From Octopus bimaculoides (Eukaryota): 64,000 bases of DNA. Each line of letters opens with the position of its first letter. Within the stretch, counting starts at the first letter, position 1. A program made the position numbers and the translations under genes. The notes under the pieces are model-generated. The model searched no databases. It was not told the origin of the DNA and saw only the letters and a program-made list of their open reading frames with translations. Where the stretch lies: positions 33,383,853-33,447,852 of the forward strand of contig NC_069003.1 in the NCBI RefSeq assembly GCF_001194135.2, written 5' to 3'. Positions 48,873 through 63,200 of the stretch are shown piece after piece.

Positions 48873-50590
48873 ACGAGCAGTAATGCCCGTTGTTGATCGG
48901 GTAATTACTTTTACTCTTTCTCAGGAGCCATATTCAAAGTGTTATTATATATGTAGATTTACTCCTCCTGTATGTGTATGTTTTATAAGAAAAAACATGT
49001 AATAATTGAAGTCACACGAACTTCTGTTTGTTTATTATATGATGCTAATAAATGAGTTGTATGTGTTATTTTATATATCAATACATGTAATGGTAATTAT
49101 ATAATACACAAGGCTTTGATCAACATGGAGCTGTAAATAAAAGAGAATTGCCTAACGTGCCGCACAGTAGGACTGAACCCAAGGTGACATGATTGGAAAA
49201 CAAGCTTCTAAACCACACAGCCACACCTATAAAGGAGAGATACATTTTGGATAATATACTCTTTGATACAATATGCTTAACAAAAAGATGAGATGTTTAC
49301 GGCAAGAAGACCTTTGATTTTACTATTAACTCGACCAACGCAACAACTAACAATGTTACACCATGCAGGGTGTTCTAGAATTAACTATCTGTTTCAATGA
49401 AATTGAGAAAATTTTTAAAAACTGACAGAATTCTATGTTTATCACCAAAACAAATAGATTTATAAATCTTACGTCAAACTTTTATTGAAAATTTTCAACA
49501 TGTGTGTATCCCTGCATACTTCAAATCTCTCCTTAGCATTGTGAAACACATTTTGAAGCATTTCAGGAGTTAGCTCCTGCATTGCTAACTGAATGTGTTC
49601 TTTAAACTCAGCCAAATGATTGCTCCATCTTTGGGATGGAGGTAAAAGAAAAAAATGATAGCTGCCAAATTGAAAAAAAGCTGTTGTGGACAAATAAGAG
49701 GGGTCCAACAGGAATGAAAATAAAATTATTAAAAAATTATAAAGATTATAAAATTATTAACAAAATTTAAAATTTATNNNNNNNNNNNNNNNNNNNNNNN
49801 NNNNNNNNNNNNNNNNNNNNNNNNNNNNNNNNNNNNNNNNNNNNNNNNNNNNNNNNNNNNNNNNNNNNNNNNNNNNNNCTTTTAAACATGATAAACATAA
49901 ATACAAGTGAGTTTTAAAAAATGCGTCTGATTTCTCTCAAATCATGATTAATTCTGGGACACCCTGTGTTTATTCGTCTGACTAAACGGGGGGGGGGGGA
50001 ACACAGGGAAGGGGACTAATTGCAGGTGGCGAGCATAGCTTCCAGAAGTGGCACGTGGTCAAACTCAAATGGCTGAGTCACAACAGCAGACATGCTAACG
50101 GGCTATGCTGTGTTGCGCGGGATTGGAAATGTGAAACATCAACAAGGTACTTCTGGAGAATGGATGAATGGGTTTGTTGTGCCTTTACCCAGCTGCACAC
50201 ACATGTACATGGCTTGGTAGTGTGCGGGATGGCAACATGAAACATCAACAGGGTGCTGACAAAAATTTTAATGCTCTTTTCATTCCCTCTGCCACATTGG
50301 ACAAAAAGGTTTTCATGAAATATTATACAGTACTTATAATGCATAAGTAGTGTCAATATTTTATTGTCGGAAAATGGCCTAAAAAGTTATGGGCCAAAAT
50401 GCTTTAAAAATGCATTTTATCTGCCCCTGGGCCTGCATTAGGCAAGAAGTTGAAAATATTTTGACCCATGACACTCCATGGGCCCTATCTAATGCATGTG
50501 TAAAATATGAATGAAATCGGTTGAGTACTTCTCAAGTTTTAGGGATTCACACAGACAGACAGACACACATTTTCAGTTTTATATATATTG
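48873..50590 (+). mobile_element. Non-autonomous Helitron-like element splitting the right inverted repeat
   Basis: 5' acgagcagtaatgCCCGttgttgatCGGG hairpin; 3' aaatcggttgagt...(gaca)n...ttttatatatattga tail typical of Lep1/DINE-like rolling-circle elements; no TSD. Confidence 0.55.
49366..49966 (-). mobile_element. Tc1/mariner non-autonomous element
   Basis: TIRs cagggtgttctagaattaa / ttaattctgggacaccctg; transposase C-terminal remnant (LAEFKEHIQLAMQELTPEMLQNV) on minus; contains an N gap. Confidence 0.75.
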
Positions 50591-51699
50591 ATTGCAAACA
50601 TAACTTTTTTATGTATACACCATCTGAACATGATCGTTGCCAAGACACTGACTGGCCCCCGTGCACTAACACTAGTTGTCAAGCAGTGGTTGGCAACTGA
50701 GACACACACACTTAGATGGACATATATCCGTTGTCCATGCTGGCATGTGTTGAACAGTGTGACCAGAGCTGGCCAGTGGGGAGCTGCACCGGACTCCAGT
50801 CTGATTTGGCATGGTTTCTATGGCTAGATACCCTTCCTAATGCCAACCACTTTGCAGAGTGTGGCTGGGTGCTTTTTTGTGGCACCACATAGGAGCTTTT
50901 ACATGGCACTGTCACAAATATTTTATACCATTAGAGGGACTGGTTTTAACATTTCTGCTGTGGAATATGGGACTTCTTGAGTACAGCAAGGTGCCAGGCA
51001 TCTGGGATGCCTATTTTCCTTTCTGTGGCACCAGCAGTAGTGAAGATCACTATCATCCAGCCATCTTGTTCTTGGTCTTATCCTATGTCTCTTACTGATT
51101 GGCTTGGCTTGTGATTCTTTCCTCCAACTTTCTGATCTCTGAGTTACATACCATTGAGTAAATATCACTCCAGAGACCCTTCAGATGAACTCCATTTCAG
51201 CCATCTGTATTTGCTATTGTATCCTTGTGGTTGTTACTCAACATAAATATTAGTTAATGACATGTGGCATAACAAAATAATAATGAAAAAAAAAATTAAT
51301 TAAGCAGTACATATGTCATTTTTAATGAATTGTAAGATTCTACCACAATGTATATATATATAAAAGAGGGATTAGGTTTTCTGCAGGCGAAACTCAACTT
51401 ACAAGAGCAGTAAATGTGTTGTGTTGTTAGGCAAGGTACACATGTTTTAAAGCTAGATGTTTAACATAGAAAGGCCATCCTAAATACACATGGGTTACAG
51501 CTGGGATTAATAAAATAGGCTTACATATTGAAATATAACACAGAGAATGAATAAAGTTTAATATCATATCTCTTTATCTCTCTGTATATATATATATATA
51601 TAATTTTTATGTAAATGAACGAATAACACAAAGACAAAAAGCTAATAAAACATCGCAAAAGACACTAAATACAGTAATAGATTACAATTTAAATCAATT

Positions 51700-52020
51700 C
51701 AACTGCAATTTCGTCATGACATCCAATGTAGACGCCATGCGACTGACTCATTGCGCATGCGTCGCCGATAGATTATGGTCGCTGGAAAAAAAACTGAAAA
51801 TAGCTTCGGTTCGGTTCAGTAAGAGTATTGAATGTTTTCATACAACTCTACACTATAAAGCTTTCAGCTGAATTTCTCGTATTTGTAAGTAAGATTTTTC
51901 TATTTTTCATAAATGCTTTTACATCGTTACAAATTTATTCTAAAGCCTTCCACGGCGAATTCTTCCGATGAAGTTCTCCTCAAAACATTTTTGTTCACAT
52001 CTAGAAAATGGCGCTGGGAT
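51700..52020 (+). promoter_or_regulatory. Putative promoter / non-coding first exon of the PRDM gene
   Basis: CpG-rich; CCAAT 51723, AP-1 TGACTCA 51744, NRF1-type TGCGCATGCG 51752-51761, donor ttt|gtaagt 51885, YY1-type AAAATGGCG 52005-52013. Confidence 0.6.
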
Positions 52021-52912
52021 GAAGATTTCCGTTCCGTCATTTTTGACTTGGATTTTTTTCCTGGATTCTTTTTCTAAACATTCTAAAACCTTTTTGTATT
52101 AAACAAATCATATACTATCTTAAATAATTCCATTTATATTTTTAAACCAAATACCGAAGTGAGAAAAATCATATGAACGATATACTCTTATCCCGCCATG
52201 TACGCCTTATTTTATAATGTACATTTCTTAAATATATTAAATTATTTTAGACTACGATCGTATTTTGTGTTCGTCATTCCCACCGAAAGTATAATTTTTT
52301 GCCGTAGTAATAACTCGGTTTAAAATATAATAATTTATAATATATTCGGTTGTTTCTTGAATCGCCGTTTATAAATATGCATGTGTGTATATTTCGGGTT
52401 CAATGTCGTAGCCAGTGATACTTTTTATAAAATCTTGTTAATTGTTTTTAGTTTTCCCTTTGCAAACAATCTGCGTGCACCTGTCATATGTCGTTGATCA
52501 GTGTGGGACTTAAGTCCTCCCTGTGAAAACGAATCTACCAGTTCAACAAACATATACACTAACATATATATATTTAATGTTTGTCGGCAGGAGTTGTATA
52601 GGCTTCTCATAATATTTTCACACACACACGTGTGTATGTATATGTAAATATATATATATATATTTATACATATATATAACCTTTATTATTGATATATATA
52701 TATATATATATATATATACGAGTGTGTGTGTACCCCTATTGGCGCTGGCTGTTTTAGTTAATTATATAGTGTGTTGAAAATTATAATATGAGTATTTTAA
52801 TACACTACTTTTTATAAGCTGTAGCTTTCATAGTCATCATCCTAGCTTTATGTGTGTATGTACGATGTGTAAATCCTGCGTCCCCACCCCACCCCGCGCG
52901 TATATATATATG

Positions 52913-52958
<46 letters not shown>

Positions 52959-53589
52959 CAGTCATTTTTGTCTACCGTCATCCTGGAGCACCGCCTTGAA
53001 GGATTTTTGTATAAACAACTTGACCTCAGCTGGTAAACTGTGTTTACGTCCCCGTAACCTAGCGGTTCCGCAAAAGGAACCGATAGAATAAATACTAGGC
53101 TTACAAAGAATAAGGCCAGGGGTCGATTTGCTCGACTAAAGGCAGTGCTCCAGCATGGCCACAGTCAAATGACTGAAACAAGTAAAAGAATATACACACA
53201 CACACACACACACACACAGGATTCCTTTGCATTACACAAGTGATGTGTTCCTGAAAATCTGTCCATAAAATTCATTTTCCCAAACTTTTTCTGGTACATT
53301 GTTTATAAAAAATAAGAAAGAAAAGCAACACAACACAACTGCTTTTATGTATGAAAATAAATTGTTAAACATCCATAATACGATATATATACATAAAACA
53401 TTTGAAGAGAAAGGTGTTAGGGGACAAAATGTCTGTTGTCCATGCTGGCATGGGTTGGACAGTTTGACTGGAACTGGTAAGCTGGAGAGCTGCACCAGGT
53501 TCCAATCTGATTTGGCATGGTTTCTATGGCTGGATGCCCTTCCTAATGCCGACCACTTTACAGAGTGTGTTGGGTGCTTTTATGTGGAA

Positions 53590-53890
53590 TTTCCTCTGTA
53601 ATTCCCTTAAAGATTTAGCTACAAGAACTAGATTATCACCATGTAGGAGTTCCCATGAAAAACCAGTCTTAAACTCATCTCTGATGAAAAAGGGAAGTGA
53701 AAATATGAATGGGTTAAGGAGTGAGGTGGGTGGGAGTACTGTATGATTACAGTTAATAGAACGATTACCAAATTCATGGGCACTTACTCCTTGTACCTCT
53801 GACTCAAACCATAAAAACTCTGCATTCTCCTTGTGTATGCACTCACACACATCATTGTGCTGACATACAACATATGTAGCTACAGACATT
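53590..53890 (-). mobile_element. RTE LINE reverse-transcriptase fragment
   Basis: LLNPFIF...EFKTGFSWELLHGDNLVLVAKSLREL is a degenerate YADD region. Confidence 0.7.
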
Positions 53891-54259
53891 ACTAGTCTGT
53901 TGATACTATCATTGTTGTTGCCAGTTGGTTATTTAGAAGTTGATGTTGTTGGTGATGGTGTAGCATATTTTTGTTGGTGGCAATGATCATGCTGTTCTCT
54001 TTAATTGTATTGTCGTTGCTGTTTAGTTCCTAATCAATCTTCATTCACCTTAGACCAAGATTTCAACTTTTAAAATACACTAGAGTAGCACATTTCCTGT
54101 TGTCTTTTATTTTAGATGAAGTGCCTTATCTTCTTTTTGTTGCTGTTGTAAAACAATGATATTTTTATATATTTCTTTCTGTTTTTATCTTTGACTTTTG
54201 TTATTCATTTTACAGCTGGTTGAGGTGGGGCACCACCTGCCACACACCATCCTATTGAG

Positions 54260-54275
54260 ATGGAAGAGAATGAAT
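54260..54275 (+). CDS. PRDM15: PRDM10/15-like first coding exon (MEENE); exon starts 54216
   Basis: ttttacag acceptor, T|gtaagt donor, phase 1 joins next exon in frame. Confidence 0.7.
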
Positions 54276-57200
54276 GTAAGTAGCAACCATTTTTGTTTCA
54301 TTCACTCAGTTCACAACCTTTTATATTCAGTTCATTAAGTTGGACAAATATCATCACATCCACAGCTATTGGAGAAATGTTATTATTTATATTATTTTAA
54401 TTGAGTTAATGCCCTCACTCACACCATTAAATTGAATATCATGACTATCACCCTTAAATTGATTTAATGCCCTCACTTACCATTAAATTGAATGAATATC
54501 ATCACTCATCCCATTAAATTGAATGTCATGACTTTCACCATTAAATTGAATAGCATGACTATCACCCTTAAATTGTGTCATCACTGTTACCATTAAAATG
54601 GATGTTATCTTCTAGATGAGACCAGTGTCACCATTAAACTGAATTCACATTTCAATTGGGTGGGCATTAGTTAAGTAAATCAGCTCCAGTACTTGACTGG
54701 GGACTTTTTCGACCTTAGAAAAATAAAAGACTAAAACAAGCTTTACTGTTCTTGCCATTCTGCTACTCCAATAATGGTTTCAAATTTTGGCACAAGGCCA
54801 GCAATTTTTGGGGAGGGGCTAAGTCAGTTACATCAACACCAGTTCTCAACTGGTACTTATTTTATCAACCCCGAAAGAATGAAAGGCAAAGCTGACCCTG
54901 GTGATATTTGAATTCAGAGTCTGAAGTTGGAAGAAATATCATAAAGAGCGGTTTTTCTGGCGTGGTAATGATTCTGGTAGTCTGCCACCTTGTTCCACTA
55001 CTTTAATAATAATAATAATAATAACAATAATAACAATAATAATAGTAGTGGTGGTGGTGGTGGTCTGAATGTCTTTACAACAAGCCTTGATATCAAAAGT
55101 GTTTTGTTTATCGTATTCTGTCTCAACAGCTCAAGAAGAGAAACCTACAATAATCTGTGCGTCCCAAGATGAAGTCACAGCCGCAGTGTCGGCCCTCGGC
55201 GGAGCCACAACTGCAACAGCTGTTGTCACAGAAGCTGCCGAAGCAGTTACAGTGGCAACAGTATCCGATGCTGCAACAGCAACCACACTCTTCCTTGACC
55301 TCTATGCTGGATGTGATGTATGTGGCGGTGACCACCTCACTGAAGAATGTCCAGAACTTGGACTCAACACACCAGTTGGAGAGTTCAAAGTGATGTCAAA
55401 GTAAGGAGTATTTCCATCTATCTGTCTATCTCTCCTTCATTCTTTCCCTTTTTCTCTCCCCTTTCTCTTTCCTCACCCCTCTCTTTATTGTTTTTTTCCT
55501 TTGTCCCCCTCTCTCTGTCTCTCTAAAACAACATAAAATAGGGTTGATAATGTGTCATATCTTTGAATATTAACATTAAAATCTAATTGATTAATTAACA
55601 TAATGCGTTATGTGTATTTGTATATATATATATTTATTGGGTTGGTGCATAATTATTGCGGCTTTTTTTCAACAAATTTTATTCAACAAAAACAATGACA
55701 ACATGTAACAAAAGCATCTTTAAATGATTATTCCGGAGCATATTCACCATCTACTTCAATTACTGCTTCCCATTTGCTTGGCAGACGGTCAGACCGTCAT
55801 TTAAAGATGTTTTTGTTATATGTTGTTATTGTTTTTGTTTAACAGAATTTGTTGCAAAAAAGCTGCAATAATTATGCACCAACCCAATATATTTTTGTGA
55901 GTAACCATTTCAAGCTGTTGAAGTTGTTTCCCTTTATAAGATTAACTTTGTAAATTATTCAACACAGGTTCTAATTACTGGTATGGCTGTTCTGTTTATT
56001 TATTATTTTTTTTTTTGTATTCAAAACTTTATTCTGCCGTCTGCTTTGTCTCATAATGCTCAAAAAATGTTTTTATGTTCAGAAATTCTGACAATCAAAA
56101 TTTATTTTTTTCTTTTTCTCATTGGTAAATCAAATCAATACATACAATATGCTTTAGTTACGAATGAGATCAAAATCTTGTTAGTTCATTCATAATGTTA
56201 GTAAAGTTCAGTAAAAAAGGAAACGACTTTGTGGTTTCTTACAATCAAAACTACAAGTAATGAACCCAGTTCACAGGAAACTTTTCCCCTGCTCCCTTTC
56301 CTATCTTTGCGATCCTATAACATGATTTCGTTCTGCTGTGTGAAGCCAGTTTTTACAGGGGAGTAGAGTTGCTTTGTTTCTCCATCTACCTTTCCATGCT
56401 GGCATGGGTTGGACAAGACTACTTGTGGCAGTAATCTTGATGCCAGCCCTGACTAGTTTATTCAAGTAAGGTGCTTTATCTCAATGGGGATAAGCACACG
56501 CGCACACACATGCATGATGTTCTACCATTTTTGCTACTCCAACAACCTTTTAAATTTCTTTTCTTTTTTTAATCTTTCTTCCAAACTTTGTCACTCTGTT
56601 CCTGTGTCGTCACCTGTCAGGGCACGCCTTACACTACCGTCCAACTTGATGTTGCTAGAACATATAGATTCATCTCTGACTGTGGTGGCTCAACATGTGA
56701 TACCAGCCAAGACACAGTTTGGACCATTTGAGGCCAGAAGAACAACTCAGGACCTTGATACTGACAATATCTTCATTCTAAAGGTAATTCCAATTATTGA
56801 TAATTTTACCTTCAGAATTAATTAAGAGATTCCTTTCTTCCTTTTTTATTTTCATGCTTTTTTTTTTTTTTGCTTTTTTTTAATGAGTAGACTTGCGTCT
56901 GTGCATAAATGTGTTTCGTTCTTATCATTTTACATCATCTTTCATTCCATACAAACACAGGTTAGACAAGAGTCATAGTTGTTTATTTCTTTATTGCCCA
57001 CAAGGGGCCAAACATAGAGGGGACAAACAAGGACAGACAAAGGGATTAAGTCGATTACATCAACCCCAGTGCGTAACTGGTACTTATTTAATCGACCCTG
57101 AAAGGATGAAAGGCAGAACGTAACGGCAGCCGAAATACCGCTAAGCATTTCACCCGGTTTGCTAAGGATTCTGCTAGCTCACCACCCTGAGTGTCATAGT

Positions 57201-60200
57201 TATTTGTCGTCTTATATATGTGTGTGTGTGTGTATATNNNNNNNNNNNNNNNNNNTATATATATGACAGGCTTCTTTCAGTTTCCATCTACCAAATCCAC
57301 TCGCAAAGCTTTGGTCGGCTTGAGGTTATAGTAGAAAACATTGGGCATGTGTCTTCTACTATACCCTCAGACTGACCAAAGCTTTGAGAGTGAATTTGGT
57401 AGATGGAAACTGAAAGAAGCCTACTTCCAATTCCCATTATTTCCCCCTTCCTACTGTCTCCACCAGTCACCACCTTTCCATGCCTTCTTGACTCTGTTAC
57501 TCCTCATCATTAACATATTTTTGTCCTTAATTAAATGAAGCTTGTATTTTTTCTAACTCTTGTAATCTTCCTGTAACAGATCTTATCTAAAGACGGTGCT
57601 GTTGTCTCTCTTGACACTTCTAACGAAAACGATTGCAACTGGATGTGTTTGCTGCAATGTGCACTGGACGAGGAGGAACAGAACTGCATTGCTTACCAGT
57701 TAGGAACAAACATCTTCTACAACAGCATCCGAACTATCCAAGAAGGGGAGCAACTGAAGGTCTGGTATGCCTTACATTATGCTAAAAAGTTGGGCAAACC
57801 AGTGAAGCCATGCAAAGATTATAGGGGTAAGAGTAAAGTTTTAGGTTCAAAATTGATGATGTTAAAAGTTAGGTAAATAGGTTATTTTTTATTAAACATA
57901 ACTAGCCTGGGGACATTTTGATACCACCTCAAATATTAAAAGCTAGCAAAATATCATTAATTTGTGTTCCAAACATCAGTATAATAACGACAGTTATTTT
58001 CCTAAATTCTTCATTAGTTTCAAAATTTATTAAAACAAAGGCGCTGTTTGTCAGCAGATATATGGTAACAAAACGGTTAACTTATTATGCACACATATAC
58101 ACAAACATTTATTACTAAGTGAATAATCTCTTTTAATCTCCAATGTTTTCCCACCATATATAATTTCTTTTTTTTTTTTTTTTTTTCAGTGATGCTGTCG
58201 TTGCTAAGTGAGAAAGTTAGCAACGCTGATGAAATTACCTCGGAAGCAACTGTTACAATTTTGCAGCACCAGGCTACAGAAGTGGTGTCAGTGTCTGAGG
58301 AATCCCTGGAGAGGATGCAAACTGACTGCGATAAACTCTACAGGAACCACATCTTATCATTAATCCAAAGTGAGGAGATTAAAGAGTACAAGTGCAGCAA
58401 GTGTGAAAACGTTTTCAACAGCCAGGTGGACCTTGCTAAGCACTTGAGGGCCCACCTTGTCCCCAACAGCAACCCTCGTGGGGGCAAAACTCGGAGTCGG
58501 AAATCTAAGTTCCATTGTTCGGTTTGTAACATTGGTTTTGTGAATCGGAGCAACTACCAACGACACATGAAGAAGCACAAAGGCCAGATCCTGCGATGCG
58601 TGGAGTGCGGTTACCGTAGTTACCGATTGGATGTCATGTGGAACCATCTCTTCTCGAAACACAGTAAGGTGAAATTGCAAGGCTCAAAGGGTAATCTGTT
58701 TGAGTATGAGGACCAGACCAGTGACGATTTAGCTAATTCTTTGGACAAAGGCAGTAGTGATGACCACGAAAATGACGAAGAAGAGGAAGTTGCTGCTGCT
58801 GCTGCTGGATCTAATGATGGCAGCGAGTCGTATAGTGAATTGACAGAAGTGAAAACTCAGAGCTACAACAGTAATAATAATAATGATGATGATGATGACG
58901 ATGATAACAATAATAATGATGACAGTAACATTCATGATAATGATGCTGGAAATGACAAAGATACCATTGTTATTTCATCTGAATCTGTTGTAGAAAGCAA
59001 AGTAACCGAGGATGCTGATTCTTCGAATAAGGTTGGCATCTGTCAGGCAAATTTCTGTAATTTTGGAAATTCTACAGAGACTACTAACTTAATTTTAGAT
59101 AAGAACCTTGCTGAACTTGTCGAGAAAAGTTTGGATGTCGGTAAAGACGAGGATATTGGAACTAAGTGTAAGAAACCAGATATCACCAAAATTGCTCTTC
59201 TAGAAGCAAAGATATCTCTTGAAGACGGTGACCTTGACTACAAAGATAAGGAAACTTATCAACATGTTAGTGAAGTGACTGTATCTGAAGCGTTTGAACG
59301 TCTTGACGGTATGTATGTTAAAACTGTCTCTAATGCTGAGTATATCCCTGAAGGCAGTGGTGAAAATAACAGTAACAACGACAGCAATGAAGAGAATATA
59401 GCTACTGGTTCATCTACAGTTCAAGTGGTGCATGTTGAAAATGCTCATGAAAGCATCTCTGAAATGTATAAGAATATGATAGGAATGTCTCAGTCGCAGG
59501 AGGAAAAAATGGCTGATTCTATTAAGTGTGAGAACTACCTTGTAGAGACTGTGAAAGAGCTAGACATGTCTGCACATAGTGAGGATGATAACAACATTAT
59601 TATACCGACCATTATAGAAGAGACTGTTGTTTGTGATAAAACTGTCATTGACGTAAATACGGAGTCAGTTGTTAGCAAAGACTCTGTTGTTGAGGAATCA
59701 AATGTTGGTGAGAAATTTGAAGAAGTAGATGTTTCTGTAGTAGAAGAGAATTCTGCAGAAAAGTGTCTGCAGGAGTCTGTGGTAAATCCAGAGTTTGTGG
59801 TAAAGGAAACAGTAAGTACCAGTGAAGAGGTTGAAGAACGTCTGCTGGTTGACAAAGCTGTGCAGCATTCACCAGTTGAAGAATCAATGCTTGATGGTAC
59901 CACTGTAGTTACAGATGAGGTGAACACCAAAATAAATGAGAACAGCTTAGTTATGGACAGTCAGTCATTCGAGATTGTTCAGTTAGATGATAATGTTGTC
60001 AGCGTGCTGGCCAAAGAAGAAACAAATAATAGTGACACAAGTTGTGTAACAGCAGCTGAGACAGAGACTCAATGCAAGGAGAACATGTCAGAGGATCCTG
60101 TTACAATAAAACTGGTTGAAGAAGATGTCAGACAAGATTCTGAGACTAAGAGCACCAGTGCCGTTGAAGATGGAGATGATGGGAAGTTAGAAAAAGCTGA

Positions 60201-63200
60201 TAGGTCAAGTGAGACAACTGAGAACAAAGTTAACAAATTGGTAGAGTTTGTTGACTATGTTGTTGCTGATGTTGCTTGGCTGAATAAAGATGATGGTGAA
60301 GGTGAGAGTGAAGGGAGTAAAACCCCACCAGAAGAGGTCACAGCAAAGAGTTCAGAGAGTTGCCAGGCAACAGTTGTCAGTGATGTTACAGATAAGAGTA
60401 ATGGTGCCGCTGAAGCTAGCACCACAAAAGAAGAGCCACTGAAAAAGACACGTGGACCAGGTCGGCCTAGGAAGCGCACACGTCAGGCCCTGCATTTGGG
60501 GCGAAAACCAAAAGCCAGTTCTGACAGTGACAAATCACAATCAGAATTGTCGACACCCAAGAAAGTAAAAACCAGTACTAGTCAATCACCTGTCCAAGCT
60601 GCCTCGCCTCCCCAAAGCCTGGCACGGGTGTTACCCACACGACGTTTGAAGGGTATTAGAACAACTGGTAACAAAGCAATTGATGAAGAAGAGTCAAGTA
60701 AAGTAGCAAAACCTGAAAAGCCATTAGAGAAAAAGATTTTGCAAGAAACTGTGAAAGTGCCTGGTGTAACTCGTCGTCGTGGGCGACCACCGAAAGCATT
60801 GCAAACGCAGGCAACTGCCCCGGCCAACACCAGCGCAGCTGTGTCGTTGGGCAGCAGCAAGAACACAAGCAACACCACATCAGTTGCCGTCAAAGCCAAA
60901 ACTTCTCAAGAACAGTCTCCATCGAAAAGCAAAACCTCACAGAAAGCTGACTTGGCGAACAGCGACAGTGAGAAAACACCTGCAATTGATGATGAAAGCA
61001 GCAAGAATTTGGCCAATGAAGACACTGATGATATTTTAGGTGAAGATTCATGTGAAGAAGGAGAGGTACTAGAGTCTGATTTCAAGGAATCTGATACAGC
61101 CAATGAGGATAACCAAGATAGTTCCATTGATTCACTGGAATGCAAAAAGAAATGTAAAATTCTTGCCAAAGACAATGGCATAGATATTTTGATTGATAAG
61201 ACGGATGATGTCATTCTCTATGCCTGCTGCGTCTGTGGCAAAAGATTCACCAACATAAAGTACCTGAAACTACATGCACCAGCGCACACTGACCGCTTTC
61301 GTTGTGATCTCTGTTGCAAGAGATTTACACGAAAGGAATCTCTGATGAAGCATCGGTGTGACAGCAATGCCAACTCGACTGTGCTGCAGACTGGTGACAA
61401 TGCTGATGATAACATAAGTTTTACACAAGATGATTCTGAGCTCTCCACTTCACAGCTGGAACCTGGAGAAAAGCCTACCACTGTACCAGCTGATCAATGG
61501 AAATGTGACCGATGCAAAAGGAAGTTTTCACAACGCCACCTACTGGCTAGCCATGTGTGTAGTAGCAGCAAAGGGGAGGAAAATGAGAATACTCTACACC
61601 AGTGTGATATCTGTGAACAAAGTTTCCGCACTGTGAAATATCTTTTCCGCCATTTAGCGATGCATACAGATATTTTCAAGTGTGAGCAATGTGGCCGCTG
61701 CTTCTCACGCAAGGATTCTATGCAGAAACACATCCTGCGTTGTGACCCAGCAAGGGCTACTGCAGAAAACATTCATTCCTGCCACAACTGTGGTCGCACT
61801 TTCTCAACAAAACTTGGCCTTGAAAATCACCTGCTTCGCTGTTTCTCGTTGCATTGCTTCAAATGTCGACGGTCATTTGCTGTTGAGGAGGCTTTGAAAG
61901 AACACGAATGCACGCCTTTGGCCGAGGAATCCTCGAAAGAGAACGACAACAAGCTTATGTGTCGAGTGTGTAAAAAGGCATTTTCCAACTTGCAACATCT
62001 GAACAATCACGAGGCCACACACACGACAACCTATGAATGTGACATCTGTCTGAAAGGATTCAATAGGAATGAAGAGTTAAACTGGCACAAGAGGCTGTGT
62101 ATGAGCCAAGCAATCATTAAACGTGAAGGCTTTGTTGCATGTCCCCAGTGTGAAATTAAATTCACTGATGCTAAAGAGTACCGAGATCATTTCCAGAAGC
62201 ATACGCATCCGTTTGATTGTTCACGTTGTGGTAAAAGGTTCGTCAAACGAGGAAGCCTGCAGACCCATTCTTGCCACAAGTTGTTAGATGGAGATGAGGC
62301 TCGTTGTGAGATTTGTCTCAAGACATTTCGCTCAGACAAATACCTCAGTCGGCACCAAATCATCCACGGTGAACCTCAGTTTAAGTGTGAGGTGTGCAAC
62401 AAGATGTTCTATCGCAAAGACTACCTCAATGACCACAGCTGTCGTCTGCCTGACGGTACATTGGTACGTGTTGTTCGACGCCACAACCAGGTCTACATCC
62501 ACGACAATCTTATCTGCCACCTGTGTGGCAAGTCTTTTGTCACCGTCAGCAACCTGAACAAACACCTGAAGTGCCATGGGGAGAAGACGTGTGAGTGCGA
62601 CATCTGTGGAAAACGTTTCCATTACATCACCTACCTGAAAGAGCACAAGGCCTCTGTGCATGAGAACAAGTACCAGCACCAGTGTGCCGAGTGTGGTAAA
62701 ATAGTGAAGACCAAGACCAGCCTGGTGTCACACATGAGGCAGTTTCATTCAGATGCACCACCGAAGTACATATGCAAGACATGTGGCAAGGAATTCCGCC
62801 AGAAGGGCAACATGAAAACACACATGTTCTCACACTCACAGGAGAAACACTTTGTCTGTTCGTATTGCGACAAGAAGTTCAAGTATCCAGATCAATTGAA
62901 TCGACACCGACTTGAGCACACCATGACCAACAAGCTGATGTGTGAGTACTGCGGAAAGAAGTTTGTCAAGAGCTACGAATTGCGAAAGCATACGCAGATT
63001 TTTCACAGTGGCTTGATGTACGTCTGTGATTGCTGCAATGCCAAATGCGGACACCGCCATACGCTGATCCGGCACTACCGGAAGAAACATCCCGAACGAC
63101 TGCACAAACTAAAGGAACTGAACTTTCTGGGTAACCTCCGCAAACAGGTCGATCGCTCACAGAAGAACAGCATGAAAAATGAATCGAACCTCACGGTGAA

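Larger units (their letters stand above)
46277..50619 (+). mobile_element. Long-inverted-repeat DNA element enclosing the Merlin ORF, with nested insertions
   Basis: 46285-46495 is the reverse complement of 48684-48872 plus 50591-50611; both ends are flanked by the 8-mer TGTATACA (46277-46284, 50612-50619). Confidence 0.65.
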
